Source: an uncultured virus (IMG/VR IMGVR_UViG_3300008113_000102) (taxonomy: Duplodnaviria; Heunggongvirae; Uroviricota; Caudoviricetes). From it: a DNA stretch of 20,000 nucleotides. The notes beneath the pieces are model-generated. The model ran no database searches. It was not told the origin of the DNA and was given only the letters and a program-made list of their open reading frames with translations. Location: the IMG/VR virus record IMGVR_UViG_3300008113_000102; one strand, 5' to 3'. The stretch's first letter is position 1. Each line of letters starts with the position of its first letter. The position numbers were made by a program, and so were the translations under genes. Of the stretch, positions 16,822 to 20,000 are shown in pieces.

Positions 16822-17550
16822 ATGAAATGGAATGAAACACTTATTAGATCAAGTTCTGTTGGTTATTTAATGACCGAGCCGGTAACTAAAGCTGACAAAG
16901 AAGCTGGAGTTCTTTCTAAAACCGCTCAAAAACATTTAATTGAAGTTTATATCGCTGAAAAATATGGCAGAAGGAGAGATATACAAACAAAACAAATGAA
17001 AAAAGGTATTGAAGTTGAAGATGATTCAATTGACCTTTTAAATAATTTTTGGGGAGTGGATTATGGTAAAAATGAACATAGGTTTACTAATGATTACATA
17101 TCAGGGCATCCAGATATAATCACTGTTAACCCAAATAAAGTTATTGATATTAAATCAAGCTATGATCTTTGGACATTCTTAGGGAATATACCAGATAAAC
17201 TTGATAACTTATATTACTGGCAGCTCCAGTCTTACATGTGGCTTACAGATGCTACTAGTGGACATATTGCATACTGTCTTGTTAATACACCATTCAATAT
17301 TGTTGAGCAAGAGAAAAGATACTTACTTAATAAGATGAATGTTGTTTCAGAAGAAAGCCCAGAATATGTAAAAGAATCAATGAAGCTTGAGTTTAATATG
17401 ACATTTGATGATATTGCTATTTCAGAAAGAATATTAATATTCAATGTGGAAAGGAATGAAGATGATATTTTAAGGATTCAACATAAAGTAGAAAAAGCAA
17501 GAGAATTTTTATTTGAACTTGAAAACAAACATTTAAATTTCAATAAATGA
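16822..17550 (+). CDS. YqaJ/lambda-exonuclease-family nuclease
   Basis: IRSSSV, MKKGIEVE, SGHPD, IDIKSS, YYWQLQSYMWLT: PD-(D/E)xK viral recombinase exonuclease motifs. Confidence 0.85.
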   Translation: MKWNETLIRSSSVGYLMTEPVTKADKEAGVLSKTAQKHLIEVYIAEKYGRRRDIQTKQMKKGIEVEDDSIDLLNNFWGVDYGKNEHRFTNDYISGHPDIITVNPNKVIDIKSSYDLWTFLGNIPDKLDNLYYWQLQSYMWLTDATSGHIAYCLVNTPFNIVEQEKRYLLNKMNVVSEESPEYVKESMKLEFNMTFDDIAISERILIFNVERNEDDILRIQHKVEKAREFLFELENKHLNFNK

Positions 17551-17897
17551 ACGGAGCTAATGTCATAAGTGCAATCCAAAATCTAAAAATGGCCCAAGAG
17601 CAATTAGAAGATTTTTGCAGGCAGTTCCCCAACTCACAGGGAGAAAGGATATTTAAAAATTATAGTAAAAAGATAGATTGGATTTTTAATGATATTATAA
17701 CCCACCCGTTTCTTACAACTGAAGTTAGGATTGGAATTAAAAACGAAATACAAAGTGATGTTTTTGCGGTCCCGGCTATTGTTGAAAAGATAGCTTTGTT
17801 AAATCCAAACCAAAGAGAAATTATAGAATCTACATTAGATGCTATGATAGACGGAGAAGAAGTAAAAATTGTTGACATTAACGAAATAAATAAATAA
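17547..17897 (+). CDS. Hypothetical protein
   Basis: 116 aa; ATGA overlap with the exonuclease gene. Confidence 0.65.
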   Translation: MNGANVISAIQNLKMAQEQLEDFCRQFPNSQGERIFKNYSKKIDWIFNDIITHPFLTTEVRIGIKNEIQSDVFAVPAIVEKIALLNPNQREIIESTLDAMIDGEEVKIVDINEINK

Positions 17898-17899
17898 AA

Positions 17900-18178
17900 A
17901 TGGCTAAGAAAAAAGAAGAATTAAATTTACCCACTAATGCAGAAGTTTTAGATGGATGTGATTTTTGTATGCAATTTGATTACGATGAACCACATGTAAT
18001 TGGAGCCAGCGAAAACTCAGATGGAGTAATGGAAATTGTATTGAAGTCTTACATGGATGTTGGTATAACATTTTTATGCCCAACCACCGGAAAGAAGCTA
18101 AGACTATTTGCAAGACCATTATCAGATAAAGGAAAACAAATTTTAGAAATGCAAGAAGAACAAAATAACCAACAATAA
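17900..18178 (+). CDS. Hypothetical protein
   Basis: 92 aa, starts 2 nt after the previous stop. Confidence 0.65.
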   Translation: MAKKKEELNLPTNAEVLDGCDFCMQFDYDEPHVIGASENSDGVMEIVLKSYMDVGITFLCPTTGKKLRLFARPLSDKGKQILEMQEEQNNQQ

Positions 18179-18188
18179 AACCAACCAA

Positions 18189-18734
18189 ATGAAAAAGTTA
18201 ATAACAACCACCCTAATCATTATTTTTTTAGTCAATACTGCTATGTCGCAGATATTTGATGGCATTAATTTAAAAGAAGATAGAAACCTATTATTATCAA
18301 AGTTAAAAACAAAAGGATTTACTTTTGATTACGCAGCAGGTGAAACCACAAAGCTATCAGGAGAATACGATAACAAGCTTACTAGAGTGTACATTGTCAA
18401 TACTATTAAATCAAATAAACCAGTTGTATTAACAGCTTATGTTGGAGATGCTAATACATGGGATGAATTGCTTGCAAACTATAAAAAGTATGTAAAAGTA
18501 TTTTCAGATAAATACGGCAACCCAGATGCTTATTCAGAATCATTTAAACCACCATACGACAAAGACTTTAAGGGATATGAAATGGAAGCGGTTAGAAATG
18601 AAAAGTCAAACTTTATTTCAGAATGGACCAGAGATGGGATTAATTATTCTGTAGAGATATTTCAATACAATAGTATAATTATCACATACAGGAACGAAGA
18701 AAATTACAGGATAAATAAGATGGAATGGAAGTAA
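18189..18734 (+). CDS. Secreted/periplasmic protein with Sec signal peptide
   Basis: MKK + hydrophobic core + AMS|Q cleavage-like site; hydrophilic mature domain. Confidence 0.75.
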   Translation: MKKLITTTLIIIFLVNTAMSQIFDGINLKEDRNLLLSKLKTKGFTFDYAAGETTKLSGEYDNKLTRVYIVNTIKSNKPVVLTAYVGDANTWDELLANYKKYVKVFSDKYGNPDAYSESFKPPYDKDFKGYEMEAVRNEKSNFISEWTRDGINYSVEIFQYNSIIITYRNEENYRINKMEWK

Positions 18735-18740
18735 ATAGCA

Positions 18741-18770
18741 AAGGCGGCCTAAAAAACCGCCTTATTTATT
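18741..18770. terminator. Probable bidirectional terminator
   Basis: AAGGCGG-cctaaaaaa-CCGCCTT stem followed by ATTTATT, between convergent operons. Confidence 0.7.
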
Positions 18771-18845
18771 ATCTTCAGAAAGACATTTTACGCATACACC
18801 ATCTTCCAATAAGATGTCATGAGTTACGCATACGTCTTTATCCAT
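18762..18845 (-). CDS. 27-aa Cys/His microprotein
   Basis: MDKDVCVTHDILLEDGVCVKCLSEDNK; its ATG overlaps the upstream stop (TAATG) and its stop lies at the terminator. Confidence 0.55.
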   Translation of the reverse strand: MDKDVCVTHDILLEDGVCVKCLSEDNK

Positions 18846-19129
18846 TATGATTTCTTATGCGCATTTGCAAATTTACGAGCAGCTTCTACACTACCAAATC
18901 CCCAAGCTTTTAATGCCAATGCTTTGCGAGTAGGTTCACCATTTGGCTTTTTCATTGCACCAAGCATGCCACTAAATCTAGCAGCAAAAGATACCCTTCT
19001 TGGATTTACACCAGATTTTACTGGGGCCTTTAAATTGCCACCAGTTTCAGAATTGTAAGATGCACGACCTTTTGCATTTAAGCCGCCTTCTGGATTTTTA
19101 CCTTCTTTTCTTTGCCAAGCTCCTGACAT
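18845..19129 (-). CDS. DUF6321-like basic phage protein
   Basis: WQRKEGKNPEGGLNAKGRASY...NLKAPV...RRVSFAARF.GM...PTRKALALKAW, recognised as this widespread phage family. Confidence 0.8.
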   Translation of the reverse strand: MSGAWQRKEGKNPEGGLNAKGRASYNSETGGNLKAPVKSGVNPRRVSFAARFSGMLGAMKKPNGEPTRKALALKAWGFGSVEAARKFANAHKKS

Positions 19130-19131
19130 AA

Positions 19132-19365
19132 TTATTTATTTTTTTTCATTGCTTTTAATGCTAAAGACCTATATCGTTCAGATTTTTTTAACTCATTATA
19201 CCCGGAATTGCTAAGCTGTTCTGCACCTTCTTTTTCTATTTTAGTTTTTGCTTTATTCATCTTATTTGAACCGGCTCTCATGTACGCATAAGCGCCCGTT
19301 TCTACAGAATCAGCTATTTCCATTACTCTCTTAGGAGTCAATAATGTTTTCTTAGGAGGCTGCAT
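19132..19365 (-). CDS. Small basic hypothetical protein
   Basis: 77 aa, Lys-rich, 2-nt gaps to both neighbours. Confidence 0.6.
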   Translation of the reverse strand: MQPPKKTLLTPKRVMEIADSVETGAYAYMRAGSNKMNKAKTKIEKEGAEQLSNSGYNELKKSERYRSLALKAMKKNK

Positions 19366-19367
19366 AA

Positions 19368-19523
19368 CTATTTTTTTTCTTGTGCTTTAATCTTTTTCTC
19401 TTGCTTTAACATTTCCGGAGTTGGCTTCTTTCCGCTTCCCTTGTTGGCGCGAATATTATCCCATAATCCTCTACGAGAATATGATCCATCCGCGCGTTTC
19501 ATCATCTGTAATTTACTTTTCAT
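19368..19523 (-). CDS. 51-aa basic protein with GLWDNIRA motif
   Basis: Manual translation MKSKLQMMKRADGSYSRRGLWDNIRANKGSGKKPTPEMLKQEKKIKAQEKK fills the gap; GLWxNI motif familiar from small phage proteins. Confidence 0.7.
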   Translation of the reverse strand: MKSKLQMMKRADGSYSRRGLWDNIRANKGSGKKPTPEMLKQEKKIKAQEKK

Positions 19524-19538
19524 ACGCTAATTTACGAA

Positions 19539-19796
19539 TTATTTTTGATTTTCAACCTTCCAGATAATTAAATCTATACCAGTTAAGTGACTTGGAGGCT
19601 CCAATTTTGGCTTTTCTTTGACTTGTACTGGTATTTGTACGTTTTTATGTACATCTTCCGATTTTGAGGCATTTCTGCCGTAATTATCCATCAAATAATT
19701 TAATACCTGTTGAGCAGATTTCAAATTTTGATCTTTTTGAATCATATATAACTTTTGTAAGTCAAATCTGACTCCAATTGGATTGCTTTTTGCCAT
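19539..19796 (-). CDS. Ribbon-helix-helix-like DNA-binding protein
   Basis: N-terminal beta-strand PIGVRFD followed by two helices (LYMIQKDQNL, SAQQVLNYLMDNY). Confidence 0.55.
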   Translation of the reverse strand: MAKSNPIGVRFDLQKLYMIQKDQNLKSAQQVLNYLMDNYGRNASKSEDVHKNVQIPVQVKEKPKLEPPSHLTGIDLIIWKVENQK

Positions 19797-19804
19797 AAAA
19801 TAAA

Positions 19805-19883
19805 TTGTAGCTACAAAATTAAGGGAAAAAATGAAATGTAGCTACAAAAATTAAATTAATTATACACAAATGTAGCTACAAAA
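19805..19883. promoter_or_regulatory. Three palindromic TGTAGCTACA sites overlapping minus-strand promoter elements
   Basis: Perfect palindromes at 19806-19815, 19837-19846 and 19871-19880, each followed by AAA; minus-strand TAATTTTG at 19814-19821 and TACATTTG at 19867-19874. Confidence 0.75.
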
Positions 19884-20000
19884 TCCCCTCCCCCATATAC
19901 CCTACCTACCTAGGAGCATAGCCCACCCAACCAACCGCATACCGCAACCAATTGCATGACAACCAAGCCAAGCCCCATACCCCACGAAACCCGCGCCACA

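Noticed and set aside
18782..18833. GACATTTTA/TAAGATGTC inverted repeat and TTACGCATAC direct repeat as an ncRNA
   Set aside because: Short and imperfect, and adequately explained by the 27-aa Cys-containing ORF on the minus strand.
13134..19058. Nested or antisense ORFs at 13134, 13661, 14213, 14667, 14800, 16223, 17232, 17660, 17934, 18819
   Set aside because: They overlap better-supported genes and have the composition of reverse-frame translations.
19805..19883. Triple palindrome as a mini-CRISPR array
   Set aside because: Repeats are only 13 bp with 18-21 nt AT-rich gaps, they overlap promoter elements, and no cas genes are present. An operator array fits better.
1..20000. Stop-codon reassignment as in some crAss-like phages
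   Set aside because: Terminase, portal, capsid and helicase genes are uninterrupted in the standard code, and TAG/TGA occur as plausible stops next to downstream starts (9335, 17550, 19368).

Overview
This 20 kb window is AT-rich tailed-phage DNA, most likely from a phage of a Bacteroidota host. The host call rests on TAnnTTTG -7 promoter elements, A-rich leaders without Shine-Dalgarno sites, and a Gln after a predicted signal-peptide cleavage. Left half, minus strand: a crAss-like head/packaging operon with a tandem GroES-like protein, putative small terminase, large terminase, 800-aa portal, two small proteins, an acidic scaffold-like protein, major capsid protein, a conserved 296-aa protein and a truncated ring/adaptor protein. 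A divergent plus-strand pair of paralogous small proteins follows, one with a Thr-rich tail. Right half: a lambdoid-style replication/recombination module with SSB, a VirE_N/PriCT/SF4 primase-helicase, a DUF4373-like initiator containing 11-bp iterons, a Cro-like HTH, NinG-like and YqaJ-like nucleases, and a secreted protein. It ends with a minus-strand cluster of small basic proteins headed by an RHH-like gene with three palindromic operator-like sites. Most notable are a 15-bp AT motif repeated at several promoters, the triple TGTAGCTACA palindrome, four microproteins missing from the ORF track, and the mosaic architecture. All family calls come from motif recognition by eye; no database searches were run.
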